Assembly (NCBI RefSeq): GCF_006345805.1
Contig: NC_043002.1
Location: forward strand, 55,366,001 to 55,430,000
Reading direction: 5' to 3'
Length of the DNA stretch: 64,000 nt
Source: Octopus sinensis
Lineage: Eukaryota
Shown here in pieces: positions 1 to 12,807 of this stretch; position 1 is the first letter of the stretch; every line of letters begins with the position of its first letter. The notes under the pieces were generated by a model. It saw nothing but the letters and a program-made list of their open reading frames with translations, ran no database searches and had not been told where the DNA came from. Made by a program: the position numbers and the translations under genes.

Positions 1-171
1 TATTTTAGCAATCAGTTTAGAAAATTGAAAGAACAGGTTTTCCCAGTCACTTGATAAAAACAAATACACATTTCTCCCACACTTAAAAACATCACTTTAC
101 ATATAGTTCTATATTTAAGAGATGAAGAATTATGTACATTATTTATATTTGACGGATATTTGTCCTATATA

Positions 172-440
172 TGTCGTAGTGGTTATGAGCGTGGGCTACT
201 AACCCCAAGATCCGAGTTCGATTCCAGGCAGTGACCTGAATAATAATAATAATAATAATAATTATAATTATAATAATAATAATAATAATAATAATATCGA
301 AAAATACCTTAGGAATGAGAACCCAGGTTCGAAATTTCCTCAAGATACCTGATGAAGGCTGGAAGGTATATCAGCCGAAACGTTGTGTTAACAACAAGCA
401 AGATGAGGGCAAATATCCGTCAAATGTAAATAGTGTAAAT
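172..440 (+). mobile_element. tRNA-derived SINE-like head, (AAT)n, then a minimal hammerhead-containing tail
   Basis: A-box-like GTAGTGGTTA (about 175-184) and B-box GAGTTCGATTCC (213-224), followed by an (AAT)n tract and a hammerhead core at 344-389. Confidence 0.6.
344..389 (+). ncRNA. Minimal type I hammerhead ribozyme (Penelope-type, stem III reduced to palindrome AACGTT)
   Basis: gatac-CTGATGA-a-ggctg..cagcc-GAAA-cg-TT-gtgtt. Stem II is ggctg/cagcc; stem I is gatac/gtgtt with two G-U pairs. Confidence 0.7.
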
Positions 441-879
441 AAGGATCACTTATTTCTACTAAATCAAGTTTGTGTTTATTAAGAGTTTCTAAGATGGGTG
501 TATTCTGACTGGTAAATCATCGATCAGGGACTCAGATAGTTAAGAACGATTCCAGACGGATTCTTTTACAGCAATGATTTGCACACATATTTCCCAATAA
601 CAAATGCTAATGGTAAAGATATTCTTGGGACAAAACATCGATAGGAGAATTGCGATATAGCAAGGATATTTCAAACATATTGTAACGAAGTTGTAATCCA
701 CTCATATAGCAAAATAAAATATAACACAAACAATAAAATATTGGCAGTCTGATAAATTATTAGCAATTTATTGTTTCCATACAAAAATACAAATATTTCT
801 CATTTATATAATTGAATAATAAAAATGATGTCGCCGTATATATATATATATACATGAAAGTACTACAGTGAGTACATCG

Positions 880-947
<68 letters not shown>

Positions 948-981
948 ATGTGTGTGTGGTGTGTATACATACATATTTATA

Positions 982-1041
<60 letters not shown>

Positions 1042-1158
1042 TTTCAAACAATTGAGGGTAAAATTAATTAGTTATTAATCAATTTCACCAAGTATTCAGT
1101 ATGTAAAAGGACCATTTAAGGCGAATTCAAAATATTACATTATGTATGTATGTATGTA

Positions 1159-1198
<40 letters not shown>

Positions 1199-1199
1199 A

Positions 1200-1256
<57 letters not shown>

Positions 1257-2155
1257 TTAAGGATCAAAAAATTATCAAATGGAATAGAAAAATAAATTAT
1301 TTCTAAAATGAACAAAATAACCTAGATATAGGTATGTATATATACAATATATATATATATAGAATGATATGTCAGTCCAAATGGTGTAATACCAAAAACA
1401 TCGACGTAACACAATATTAAATATTTATTTCATAAAGGAGAAATATATATTGTTTTCGATTATAAATGTGATAAGAAAATATAGTCAATATAGTAAGGAT
1501 ATTGTAACGAAGTTGTAATCCACTCATATAACAAAGTATAAAAATAACTGAGTATAAAATAGAATTTAATGTTTCCATACAAAAACATATTTCTAATTTA
1601 TATAATAAATAATAGAAATGATGTTAGCGCGTATATACATACATACATACATACATACATACATACATACATACATACACGCACGCACGCGCACACACAC
1701 ACACACATATATATGCATACATGAAAGTACTATTGGTGTAATGTATTGTAATATGATATATATATATATATATATATATGCATAAAAGATAAAAATATTA
1801 TCAAATGGAATAGAAAAACGAATTATTTATAAAATGAATAAAATAACGCAGATAAATGTATATATATATATGGCAGCCGTCTTTTTGATATTAGCTGGAC
1901 AATTTGGGAAAAAGAAGCACCATATAAATTGATACGCCACATTCTCACTGGCGTAATACGAAGAACATCGTTGTGATACGATATTAAATATAGATATTTA
2001 TTAAATATCTTAGAAATATATATTATTTTCGATTATAAATCGATATGATTATTAAGTGGTGAAGCTAAAACACTTCTACATAATTGAAACGATACACTTG
2101 TATCTGATTTTTCTCTAACTGAGATTGTTTACAGAAGTATTATAACAGGAAGTAA

Positions 2156-2314
2156 TTACATAAAGGATTCTAGAGTATTTTGAATGTGGTTTATATTTTC
2201 ATGAAGTGTATGGAGTGTAATTATGGTAAACCATCGCTGCTGGATTATTGGCACATCGTCCGGTAGCAAAAGACTGTCATCCACTTCGACATTTTGTTTG
2301 ATGTTTGAAAATAT
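2156..2314 (-). CDS. Secreted helical-cytokine-like protein, copy A, last coding exon (IFSNIKQ...QNTLESFM*)
   Basis: tttcag acceptor, phase 0, TAA stop. The 52 aa are identical to copy B (40269-40427), with only two synonymous changes seen. Confidence 0.85.
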   Translation of the reverse strand: MFSNIKQNVEVDDSLLLPDDVPIIQQRWFTIITLHTLHENINHIQNTLESFM

Positions 2315-2804
2315 CTGAAATATATGAAAAGAAAATCGTAAATTAGGGATAAACATTAATAGATATTAATACACACACAAATACAAACACACACACAAAT
2401 GCAAACACACCCAAATTCGCATACACATGCAATGGCAGCTGCCAACGGAGCCCTCAGTCTACACAGTACTGAGCTATATATATATATCCAAAGGAAAACC
2501 AATATGGAGATCTAAACATGGTAAATGTAGCTATTTCCTCCTACATTCAATACTATAGAGACATTTATACGCACATATTATATATCACATTTACTAATAC
2601 TAACAATATACGCACACATGTTACATATGAATTTACTACTAATAATAATATAGACGCATATGCACACACACGTATATATTACGTATAACATTTTGATAGA
2701 CTCAAGTTATATTATTAAATTGAACGGTTCAAAATTATTCTAATTGTAGTAATTACTTCAAATAATTAGACATTCTAATGAAATGAGTAGAGTGTAAAGT
2801 ACGT

Positions 2805-2842
<38 letters not shown>

Positions 2843-2845
2843 TGC

Positions 2846-2876
<31 letters not shown>

Positions 2877-3097
2877 TTTATATATTTCATAATAGTGATT
2901 ATGAACATAAATACTTTACAGTATCTCGCATGGACTTTGCCTTTCATCTTTACGAGATCGATGAAATAAATGCCAGTGAAACACTGCGGTCGATGTAATC
3001 AGCCACCAAGGGACATGATCAACTGGTTAAAGTCAAACAACTGAATAGCAAATCTGTGATATTGAGCTGAATATTTGCTGGAGCCTATCTTTTATAC

Positions 3098-3138
<41 letters not shown>

Positions 3139-3157
3139 TTATTATTTTATATTATTA

Positions 3158-3189
<32 letters not shown>

Positions 3190-3255
3190 TTATTATTATT
3201 ATTATTATTATTATTATATTATTATTTTATTATTATTATTATCATTATTATTACT

Positions 3256-4026
3256 AGTTTTTTTCTTCTTTCAAATTTGCTTCCATTTCTTGCCGAGTGT
3301 CTTCCCGACTCCTAGGGCAAAGAACTCATAGTATACATTGGTAGGCCATTAAACCAAACTCAATAGTTCGTTCGTTTTTTTTTTTAAGTTAAATTAAAAT
3401 ACATGAGCAGCAACAGTTCTCACATCGACAATGCTCTTCTCATACGTGTGATGTACCAGTTAAGACAATCTTTTGCACTTCTTGCAGGGATGGTAAGCCA
3501 GGGATCATTCTCATATAATTTCGGTCCCTTCTGATCATTCCTAGTGCTCCTACGATCACTGGTATTGTAACCGCCTTGAGATGCCACTTTTCTCAATTTC
3601 AATGAGTAGGTCTTTATATTTTCTGAGCTTGTCAAACTCTTTCGCTGAGATATTATGATCACAGGGGATGCTCATGTCGATCAATACGCAAACTTTATTG
3701 TTTTGGTCTTTCACAACAATATCTGGTTTATTGGCCTTGATGATTCGGTCAGTATGTACTGGAAAGTCCCACAGAATGGTTACATTTTCTCCTTCAGTTA
3801 CGGCCTCATGGTGGTGATTATACCACTTGTCGGCAGTTTTGATATTGTAATGCCGACTTATTAGCCAGTGTAGATATTGGCCAACTGTCATGTCTTAATT
3901 TATACTCCACTGGTGCTAAGACTTTACATCCAGAGATTAGGTGGTCCACTGTTTCAATCATGTCGTTGCAGAATCGGCATTTTGGGTCTGCTCCATTTTT
4001 CATCACATTGGCCTGGTAGTTCCGGG
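3256..4026 (-). mobile_element. 5'-truncated R4/Dong-clade non-LTR retrotransposon (restriction-like endonuclease end), frameshifted
   Basis: CRFC..ETVDHLISGC zinc knuckle, RHD motif and KPDIVV..IDMSIP..KLRKYKDL PD-(D/E)xK domain. Both ends abut (TAA)n, the known Dong target. It lies in the last intron of copy A. Confidence 0.9.
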
Positions 4027-4029
4027 TAA

Positions 4030-4041
4030 TTATTATTATTA

Positions 4042-4085
<44 letters not shown>

Positions 4086-4093
4086 CATCATCA

Positions 4094-4129
<36 letters not shown>

Positions 4130-4241
4130 CCATCGCCATCGCCATCGCCATCGTCACGCCATCGTCATCGTCATCGTCATCGTCATCATCATCATCAACA
4201 TCATCATCATCAACATCATCATCATCATTATCATCATCATT

Positions 4242-4288
<47 letters not shown>

Positions 4289-4436
4289 TATCATCATCAT
4301 CATCATCATCATCATCATTATCATCATCATCATCATTATCATTATCATTATCATCATCATCATCATCATCATCATTATCATCATCATTATCATTATCATT
4401 ATCATTATCATTATCATCATCATTATCATTATCATC

Positions 4437-4474
<38 letters not shown>

Positions 4475-4595
4475 AATGTATTATAATGTATTTTTATTAT
4501 TATTATTATTATTATTGGTTGTGTTGGTGGTGGTGGTGGTGGTTTACGGTGGTAGTAGTGGTTGCGGTGGTTGACGGTGGTGGTGGTGGTGGTGG
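4030..4595. repeat. Compound trinucleotide microsatellite (TAT/CAT/CGT/GGT)
   Basis: Directly visible; it explains the poly-His/Met/Ile ORFs here. Confidence 0.95.
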
Positions 4596-4862
4596 TTAGA
4601 GTGTTGCACTTACGATCTAGCGATCTTCGTTTCAAATCCTAGACCGAGTGGCGTGTTGCGTCCATAAGCAAACCACTTCATCTTATTCTGCTCAGCATGA
4701 CATGTGGCACACCGTGCATCTGTTCAGGCAACGTCGATTTGATGGAGACAGAGTGAGCCAATGTACAGCACATACATTTGATCACTATAAACAAATCGTT
4801 TGTGCAGATCGTTCGGCAAAAAGCTCAACGCTCATACGTCGTCTTCGGCGGCAGAGTCCACC
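4590..4862 (+). mobile_element. Degenerate tRNA-derived SINE
   Basis: GTGGTTAGAGTG A-box-like and GTTTCAAATCC B-box-like motifs, followed by a SINE-like body. Confidence 0.5.
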
Positions 4863-4955
4863 ATCATACACCTCGTCGTCGTTGTCTTCGTCATCGTCAG
4901 TGTCATTGCATGAATGTTCATTTAGAATAACATATTACGATATCATAATTCTTAC

Positions 4956-5483
4956 CGGTGAATCCAGGAAAAGTATCGTATCAACCAGGTAAGAAAGTGT
5001 TTGTTTTAAGTAACAATAAAATATGGCATCAGATGTGGGAGTGAGTTTAGAACAGGCAGCGGGATAATGACACTCTGTCTCTATACGTTTGGCAGGGGCA
5101 CACAGCTGGTTATATTCTTTTTCCGTCTGATTCTTCAACACAGTAACATATTGACTGAGGGTTGCAGACATATTGGATAGAGCAATCTGTAATAAAGAAT
5201 TGTGAGAAGCTTGAATTTTATTCGACAATGATTGAGATTTCTTATAAAATATAGAATCGAGTTTAGATAGAAAGTGTATAAATATTTCAAGAAAATATGT
5301 TTGATAATATGCCCATACCTTGACTAAATCTGTCTGCGCGATTGTGATATTGTCTTGAATGTAGAGCTGAGGGAATGTAAGTTCCGTCTGGTTGAGTAGC
5401 ATATGAATAAAGTGAGGACAGCTTACCGCAGATGCCAATGGAGTGTTGTGGCACTGTAGAAAAACACGTGACATATTAGGCGT
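4956..5483 (-). CDS. Secreted helical-cytokine-like protein, copy A, large internal exon (176 aa)
   Basis: Branch point ttctaat plus ctcag acceptor; donor CCG|gtaaga; phase 0/0. Open frame with 6 Cys; about 14 aa differences from copy B. Confidence 0.88.
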
Positions 5484-5611
5484 CTGAGATTTGGACAGAT
5501 AGGATTAGAACACGGAACTAGTCGTTACAAATATTGATCCTTACGAAAACTTTATTAATTAGTATATGGGTAGTAGTTAAGTAATATATTATTGGAGTGG
5601 TGTAACAAGAA

Positions 5612-5677
<66 letters not shown>

Positions 5678-6092
5678 TAATAATGATGATGATGATGATG
5701 ATGAAATATGTGACAAACATATTTCCTAAATTGTGATTATACGTTTACACTGTTTAGCGCAATTACTCCGATATTTTTCTCGATCGATCAATCTACTAGC
5801 GCAAATCCGTCAATGTGTTGGCTGGATAATATATAAAGCTATAAGCTTTATAAAGTTCGTCCATGGTTTTCCCTCCTCGGTACATTTGATCGGCAAGAGT
5901 TAATAAAATCGAAACAACGATGTCTGAGATTCCCGAGAGAGAGCGACACTGAACGCACGGGGTATTTTCACACTTTTTTACCATAAGAGAGATATTTTCT
6001 CCGCGGTAACTGCAGTGTATTTGCCTTTAGCAGTTGAAATATGTGACAAACATATTACAACTAACCTAAATTGTAAATCATGATAATGATGA

Positions 6093-6127
<35 letters not shown>

Positions 6128-6129
6128 AC

Positions 6130-6161
<32 letters not shown>

Positions 6162-6207
6162 CAACAACAACAACAACAGCAACACCACCACCACCACCAC
6201 CACCACC

Positions 6208-6239
<32 letters not shown>

Positions 6240-6267
6240 CAGCAACAACAACAACAACAACAACAAC

Positions 6268-6298
<31 letters not shown>

Positions 6299-6323
6299 TA
6301 TGAAGAGGCAAATGTAAACTTAC

Positions 6324-6481
6324 AAAAGAGTGCAAAGTAGTGTTCACGGCTATTGAGGCCCTGCGAGCCGTATCCAGTTGTGCTTTTATGTTATTTATTG
6401 GTATCGCTGTAGGTTTTATCGATGCTCCCTGGACGAATGAAATCCAGACTGAGATACATAGGACCAATATATATTGCCAGT
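6324..6481 (-). CDS. Secreted helical-cytokine-like protein, copy A, signal-peptide exon
   Basis: Pyrimidine tract plus cgtag acceptor (phase 1); donor TTT|gtaagt (phase 0). Encodes WQYILVLCISVWISFVQG-ASIKP, a hydrophobic signal with a plausible cleavage site. The upstream ATG exon was not fixed. Confidence 0.85.
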
Positions 6482-6933
6482 CTACGGGAAAATAGAAAAA
6501 AAATACCATTAAGGAACATTTAGAAGGAAAGGGAGACATTGAAGGAATTGTTATTATTAAAAAGAAATAACTCGATAAGTCGCTGTTAGTTTTTCACGTG
6601 TAGTAAACAATGAGCTGAACATTTTGGAACTCAATAAACGATATTCACAAATATTTAACATAGTTCCACTAAATATAAACCATAATTTCTTGTGTAGTGT
6701 GTTAAAGAGAAGTGAATAGATATTTGGCTGAGTGGAAGAAGGCCACGTTTTAAGTGTTTTGTTGTTGTTTTGTTCTACCATAGGAATTGAGTGCGATAAT
6801 TAAATAATAGAACTAAAAACAATGCACTGCACTGTGATGGTAAAAATAGAAATATTCAATTCACAAAATTCCTGTTCATCATACATCTCTTTATCTCTCT
6901 CTCTGTCTCTCACTATATATATATATATATTTA

Positions 6934-7056
6934 TAGGGTAAATGTTTTTTAATTTTCCTTTAATTTCTGAATTACTACTACTTGGCGGTTGAGTCTTGGC
7001 TGCTCTTTCTAGTGGGTTGAATGGCCTATCGAAGCCGTTCCTCAATTGTTGTTGAC

Positions 7057-7057
<1 letters not shown>
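6934..7057 (+). mobile_element. Fragment related to the 3' part of the 489-bp hammerhead repeat unit
   Basis: AGGGTAAATGTTTTTT..GCGGTTGA..TTGGCTG..TTTCTAGTGGGT(T)GAATGGCCTAT matches 44513-44638; flanked by (TA)n. Confidence 0.7.
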
Positions 7058-7089
<32 letters not shown>

Positions 7090-7099
7090 TATTATATAT

Positions 7100-7510
7100 T
7101 ACTCTTTTACTCTTTTACTTGTTTCATCAGTCATTTGACTGCGGCCATGCTGGAGCACCGCCTTTAATCGAGCAACTCGACACCGGGACTTATTCTTTTG
7201 TAAGCCCAGTACTTATTCTATCGGTCCTTTTGCTGAACCGCTAAGTAACGGGGACATAAACACACCACATCGGTTGTCAAGCAATGCTAGGGGGACAAAC
7301 AAGACACACACACACACACAACGCATATATATACATATATACGACGGACGGGCTTCTTTCAGTTTCCGTCACCAAATCCACTCACAAGGCTTTGTCGGCG
7401 GCCCGAGGCTATAGTAGAAGACACTTGCCCAAGGTTCCACGCAGTGGAACTGAACCCGGAACCATGTGGTTGGTAAGCAAGCTACTTACCACACAGCCAC
7501 TCCTGCGCCA
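7100..7510 (-). mobile_element. tRNA-derived CORE-like SINE (abundant family in this window)
   Basis: Reverse complement of the 24117-24525 copy. Other full or partial copies at about 7570-7760, 20730-20860, 22370-22720 and 27600-27755. Confidence 0.85.
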
Positions 7511-7827
7511 CAGATATATATATATATATATTATATATATATATACATATACATATGAGTTTATTATTTTACTCCTTTATTTGTTACAGTCATTTGACTG
7601 CGGCCATGCAAAAGCACCACCTTACAGTGTTTTAGTCGAAGAAATCGGCCCCAGACCTTATTGTTTCTAAGTATAGTAGCTTTTCCATCGGTTTCTTTTG
7701 AAGAACACCGCTAAATTACACCAACACATCAACATCGTTAGTCAAACGATGGCTGGGGAAGAAATACAGGCCCAAAGACAGACACAGATAAATACACACA
7801 CACACACACGCACGCGCGCACACACAC

Positions 7828-7888
<61 letters not shown>

Positions 7889-7896
7889 TATTACTT

Positions 7897-8150
7897 GTGA
7901 AGGTTATTCAATAGAAATTAGAGCCAGCACTGATTTTGGTTATGACGTTTCGTATCCGAGACATCAGAGGTAAAAGATAACGAGATCGAAGAGCGAAAAT
8001 GAGTAATGGGCGATGGGCAATGGACGCCCATTAACCATTTTTCATTTTGGATCTCATTGCTTGCTTATATCTGATGTCTCGTATACGAAACGTCGTAACC
8101 AAAATCAATGCTGGCTCGAATTTCTCTAGAATATCTGTCGAGGTAACCTT
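7897..8150. mobile_element. MITE-like long hairpin element
   Basis: Arms of about 60-80 bp (AGAAATT.GAGCCAGCA.TGATTTTGGTTA.GACGTTTCGTAT.CGAGACATCAGA and its reverse complement). A homologue sits in each unit of the 12.8-20.7 kb array. Confidence 0.7.
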
Positions 8151-8323
8151 ACCAAGTGCCATAAAATCGCACTGCTAACACAGTACAGCAGGGTATTGAC
8201 TTTTAGAAGTTTAGTAAATTTATAGTATGTTTATGATTGCTGTCGAAATACCGCGTATCTGCAGATCATTAACACACGCACACGCACACTGAAATATATA
8301 TATATATAATATATATATATATA

Positions 8324-8380
<57 letters not shown>

Positions 8381-8390
8381 ACCCACATGT

Positions 8391-10862
8391 CGCCCACCAG
8401 ATGCGCCAGATTATGAGAACTCTTTTGAAGAATGCCTCCAAAAAATGAGAGATGTTTTGACGAATCTCGACAACGATCTGCACATACTTCTCTTAGGGGA
8501 TTTCAATCTACCTCATGTAAAATAGCCAGAGGGTTGTCCCCTTTCAAGTATGTCACTGCAAAATCGGAAGCATGCAGACTATTTGCTTGACTTCACTGAC
8601 ACACTCTTTATGGAGCAGATGGTGCATCACTACACAAGGGGGAAGAATATCCTGGACCTATGTTTCACAAACAGCTCGGCACTCATACGTAACGTGAAAG
8701 TGACACTGACGCTTTTTTTCGGACCATAATCTAATAGAACTAGTGATGTATGGACCGCAAAAGACCACGGACATACGAAATACTAGAAACGCTCATCTCA
8801 TCTCTAGCCTGAATTTCCACAAAGCTGACTGGAAGGGCATTGAGAAAGAGGTCCTCAAATGTAACTGGTCCACAATCTTCTCAGGGGAAAACATCGACAT
8901 GAAACTACAGAACTTCATAGCAAACAGATACCCAGGGATAGGAGGGTACTAATGAGACAAAGAGCAAAAATCTCAAACTGTCTAAATGGACACCTAAAAG
9001 ATTTCAAACGAATCCAGCTCGAATGCACTTTGCTTGAAATTGAAAATGCACTCAAACTTACCCATGAAAAGGAAAGGGCAGAAAAGGAAGCCAGGGATAT
9101 CAAAAACATTAAAGCGGACCCTAAGGCCTTCTATAGATATGCGAAAGAATCTGCTTCAGTGCGTTACAAAATAGGACTGCTACTAAATGAAAACGGCTCA
9201 CAAACTGCGGACCCCAGAGGATCAGTGAATTACTGAATGCACAATACAAGAGTGCTTTCAGAATCCCGCTGGGGAAGCTATGAGTGAATGTGCCGGATAG
9301 GTTCTTTGACCCGAAGACACGCATTGTGAAATGGCAACTATTGATAACATCAACATAGAGGAAACTGATGTGATATCAGCCATTGAAGAGCTGAATTCGA
9401 ACTCGGCAACGGGCCCTAATGGATTCCCTGCAATTCTCCTAAAGAAATGTAAAAGAGCTCTAGCTAGACCGCTTCAAATCCTTTTCCAGGAATTCCCCAG
9501 GATGGGGAAACTCCCTAAAAAACTAAAAGAGAGAATAAGGGGGGAAGCAGGGCAGGGGCTAGGAATTATAGACCTGTCTCCTTGACCGCCCACGTCAGTA
9601 AAGTCATGGAGCTCATTGTCAGGAAAAGACTGATTGAGTTCCTTGAGGATATGCCACAAAATACGGGGACTCGGCATCACAGGTAAAGTTGGAGAGTGGC
9701 TCCATGATTTCCTAAAGGACAGGAGCCGAACTGTAGCAGCCAACGGAGCTCTCTCCACAGAGACACTAATAGTGAGTGGAGTGCCCCAGGGCACTGTGCT
9801 GGGGCCACTGCTTTTCATAGTGGCCCCATCGGATATGTCAACAGTGACAGGGGCAGCCATGCTTACCAGCTATGCAGACGACACAAAAGTCGCACAGTCA
9901 GTCAAGGAAACCTCTGATGCTATGCTCTTGCAGAAAGATCTAGACGCCATCTATACATGGGCTGAGGATAACAACATGCAATTTAATGCAAGTAAATTCC
10001 AGGCCCTCCGCTACCAGTTAAGCACTGCTCAGGAATTATGACATCAGTACGTTGGACTAAGTGGAGCAACGATCCCAGAATCAAATACGGTGCGTGATCT
10101 TGGAAGAGAAATGAGCAACAATGCCTCATTTCACACACATATAAACAAAATGGTAGCAGTATCCAAAAGACTGGCCGGTTGGATTCTGAAAACCTTCCGG
10201 ACAAGGGACCAAGAAACTATGATGACACTATAAAAGTCATTTATCCTCAGCCGGCTGGACTACTGTTCTCAGCTATGGTCACCTTATACTACAAGGACGA
10301 TGGCAGAGCTTGAAGCAGTCCAACGACATTACACAAACATAATTGCATCAATGGAATGATTGAGCTACTGGGACAGGTTGAAAGAGCTGTAACTATATTC
10401 CCTGGAACAAAGGCAGGAGAGGTATGCAGTGATATATATATGGAAGATGCTGGAAGGATTGGTACCAAGCTTTGGAATAAAGAGCTACACCAGACCACGA
10501 ACAGGACGTCACTGTGCTGTCCCTATTGTGCCGAATGATTCATCTCGGGTAAGGACGACGTACTGCAATAGCATGGGTTTCATGGGGTCACAGCTGTTTA
10601 ACTGTCTACCGAAGCATCTGAGGAGCCTTCACGGAGTGGATGTAGACATTTTCAAACGCGAACTTGACCTCTGGCTTACCGAGATCCCGGATCAGCCAAT
10701 AACTAGGCAAGAAACTAAGAAAAGGGCAGTAACATCGAACTCCATCCTTCACCAAAAGACACTCCGATAAAGATGGAAAATGGAAAGATGATTACAATAG
10801 CGGTGTGCAACATGGACACAGTCATTGATTGAACACATAAAAGAATGAAAAAATAACAGGAT
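8391..10862 (+). mobile_element. Decayed CR1-group LINE (APE endonuclease remnant plus RT)
   Basis: LLGDFNLP, TRGKNILDLCFTN, SDHNLI, GPNGFP, GVPQGTVLGPLLF, YADD and FNASKFQ motifs. Many stops and frameshifts, with an internal deletion near 9640. Confidence 0.92.
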
Positions 10863-10889
10863 ATATATATATATGTATATATATATATT

Positions 10890-10969
<80 letters not shown>

Positions 10970-11019
10970 TTTGAAATAGAAAGATGAATAATCTTGTAGT
11001 AGATTAATCAAAATTTTAC

Positions 11020-12190
11020 CGATACCTTAGTAGCAAATCACAGCAGAAACTAATCCTAGCAGAATAAGATTCACGTCGGCGAACTCCAAGATCAAAAACG
11101 CCGTCTACCAATGCAGGTTTACACGGACTCAGATGTCTTCACTTATGTAGGGGCCTCATCCTCAAGATTGTCTTTGCGTGTCTCCAACCATTACGCAACT
11201 TTTCGGGACATGAACAAGCGCCAGACCACGGGACTCAGTAAGCTAATATGGCGACTGAAGGATACGAACTTAGCTACAGGCTGGAATGGTCAATTTTTGT
11301 CGGTGGCCCTCCCATTTGATAGGGGCAGAAGGCAGTGCAACCTTGTGTCTCCGAACTCTTCCATATTTTGTTTTGCCAGAGGCCGGATGGTAAACGGGCT
11401 TTTACAGTCGGCTTTTCGATGCCCCCATTGGCGGCGTTACACTTATCTGGCTTTTAAATAGCGTTTATAAATAATACCGGCACCCATAGCCCTTGGTAAC
11501 AAATTCTGAAATAGCCTTTAAGATATCTACGATTAACCACTGCAAGGGGAATTACTCCTGTTAGACAAACGGGGCTTGGTTTTTCACAGCGGGGGGTTTC
11601 CTTGACAAGGCAGGCTTAGATGAACACACACACATAAAACATAATATATATTTTTTTTTCTGCCACCCAACGGTTCTCGCGGCAGTAGCCACTGACAGCC
11701 GAACGATCAACGCACACACGTACAACAAAAAATGTTTTCTACCCCTACGCCAACACACACATATATAGAAACAGTATACACACACACACTTCTCTAAGTA
11801 GATTTTTTCTCCCCCTTATAAAACATCCAATATTCCTTAAATAGTCAGAACTTTATTCTCGGTCACAAAGAACACCCACACACCCTCCCCACATGATTGA
11901 CCGATGCCTGACCCTTTAAATTCTTCAGCCCCGGTTCTCAACATACACTGATAAACATTTTTCGCCATGGGCTCTTAGGAGCATAGTTCGATTTGTTTTT
12001 GCTCCGCCTCTGTTCTGTTTTTGTTTTTTCCAACGATTTCCTATTTTTCTTCCTGAAGAGAAGACACAATATGGTCCCATTATTCAATCGGATTTTGGTA
12101 ATTTGGTGCCTTTCGAAACACGTGTAGAATGAAATAAACGATTTCTGTTCAATCTGCGTTCAGCTCCATTTCTTCAAATGCACCAATAAT
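11020..12190 (+). mobile_element. 5'-truncated Penelope-like element: GIY-YIG endonuclease remnant, 3' region and hammerhead
   Basis: AVYQ..TYVGASS..R.SNHYATF..TGLSKLIWRLK..QCNL resembles the PLE GIY-YIG C-terminus. Hammerhead at 12042-12136; flanked by (TA)n. Confidence 0.8.
12042..12136 (+). ncRNA. Type I hammerhead ribozyme with extended stem II
   Basis: ttcttc-CTGAAGA(12053-59)-gaag..tttc-GAAA(12115-18)-cacgtg-TA-gaatgaaata. Stem III is the palindrome ACACGTGT. Confidence 0.8.
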
Positions 12191-12213
12191 ATTTTATATA
12201 TATAATATATATA

Positions 12214-12251
<38 letters not shown>

Positions 12252-12391
12252 AATTACATACATATATCTACATACATACACAACAAAGGATTCAAAGCCG
12301 ATAGGAACTTTCATCTGTAAAGAAATACACTGGAAACAGTTGTAATGAGGTGATGTGAATCCATCCTTTTGTTTAGTGGCATATATATATA

Positions 12392-12441
<50 letters not shown>

Positions 12442-12757
12442 TTATATATATCTATATATAAATATAAGTTATATACACACATATATATGTATTTATATAG
12501 TATGCGACACACATATTTGTACATGGATATATATATGAATGTAGATATATACATATCTATGTTATATATATACGTGTATATATACGTAAGTATATATTTA
12601 CATATATATACAAGAATACATATGTATGTATGCACGTATATATTATTATGTGTATATGTATGCGTGTATGTACGTTATTCAAGAGAAAACACTATACTCA
12701 CATTTCAACATTTTCTGATATTTTGGGTAAGTAGGTATTTATATATCTATATATACA

Positions 12758-12807
<50 letters not shown>

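Noticed and set aside
172-240. Functional tRNA gene
   Set aside because: A/B boxes are present but no clean cloverleaf could be formed; treated as a SINE head.
680-2045. Local duplications downstream of copy A (680-870 vs 1500-1760; 1255-1440 vs 1780-2040)
   Set aside because: Real but non-coding rearranged 3' flank; no extra exon found. ATTTA motifs there are uninformative at this AT content.
5700-6075. About 35-bp direct repeats flanking a 300-bp insert with weak TACACTG/CAGTGTA ends in an intron of copy A
   Set aside because: Possibly an old MITE, but the inverted repeats are too degenerate to call.
8070-8100. CTGATGTCTCGTATACGAAACGTC as a hammerhead
   Set aside because: Lacks the conserved A of CUGANGA and has no proper stems I/II; it is part of the MITE arm.
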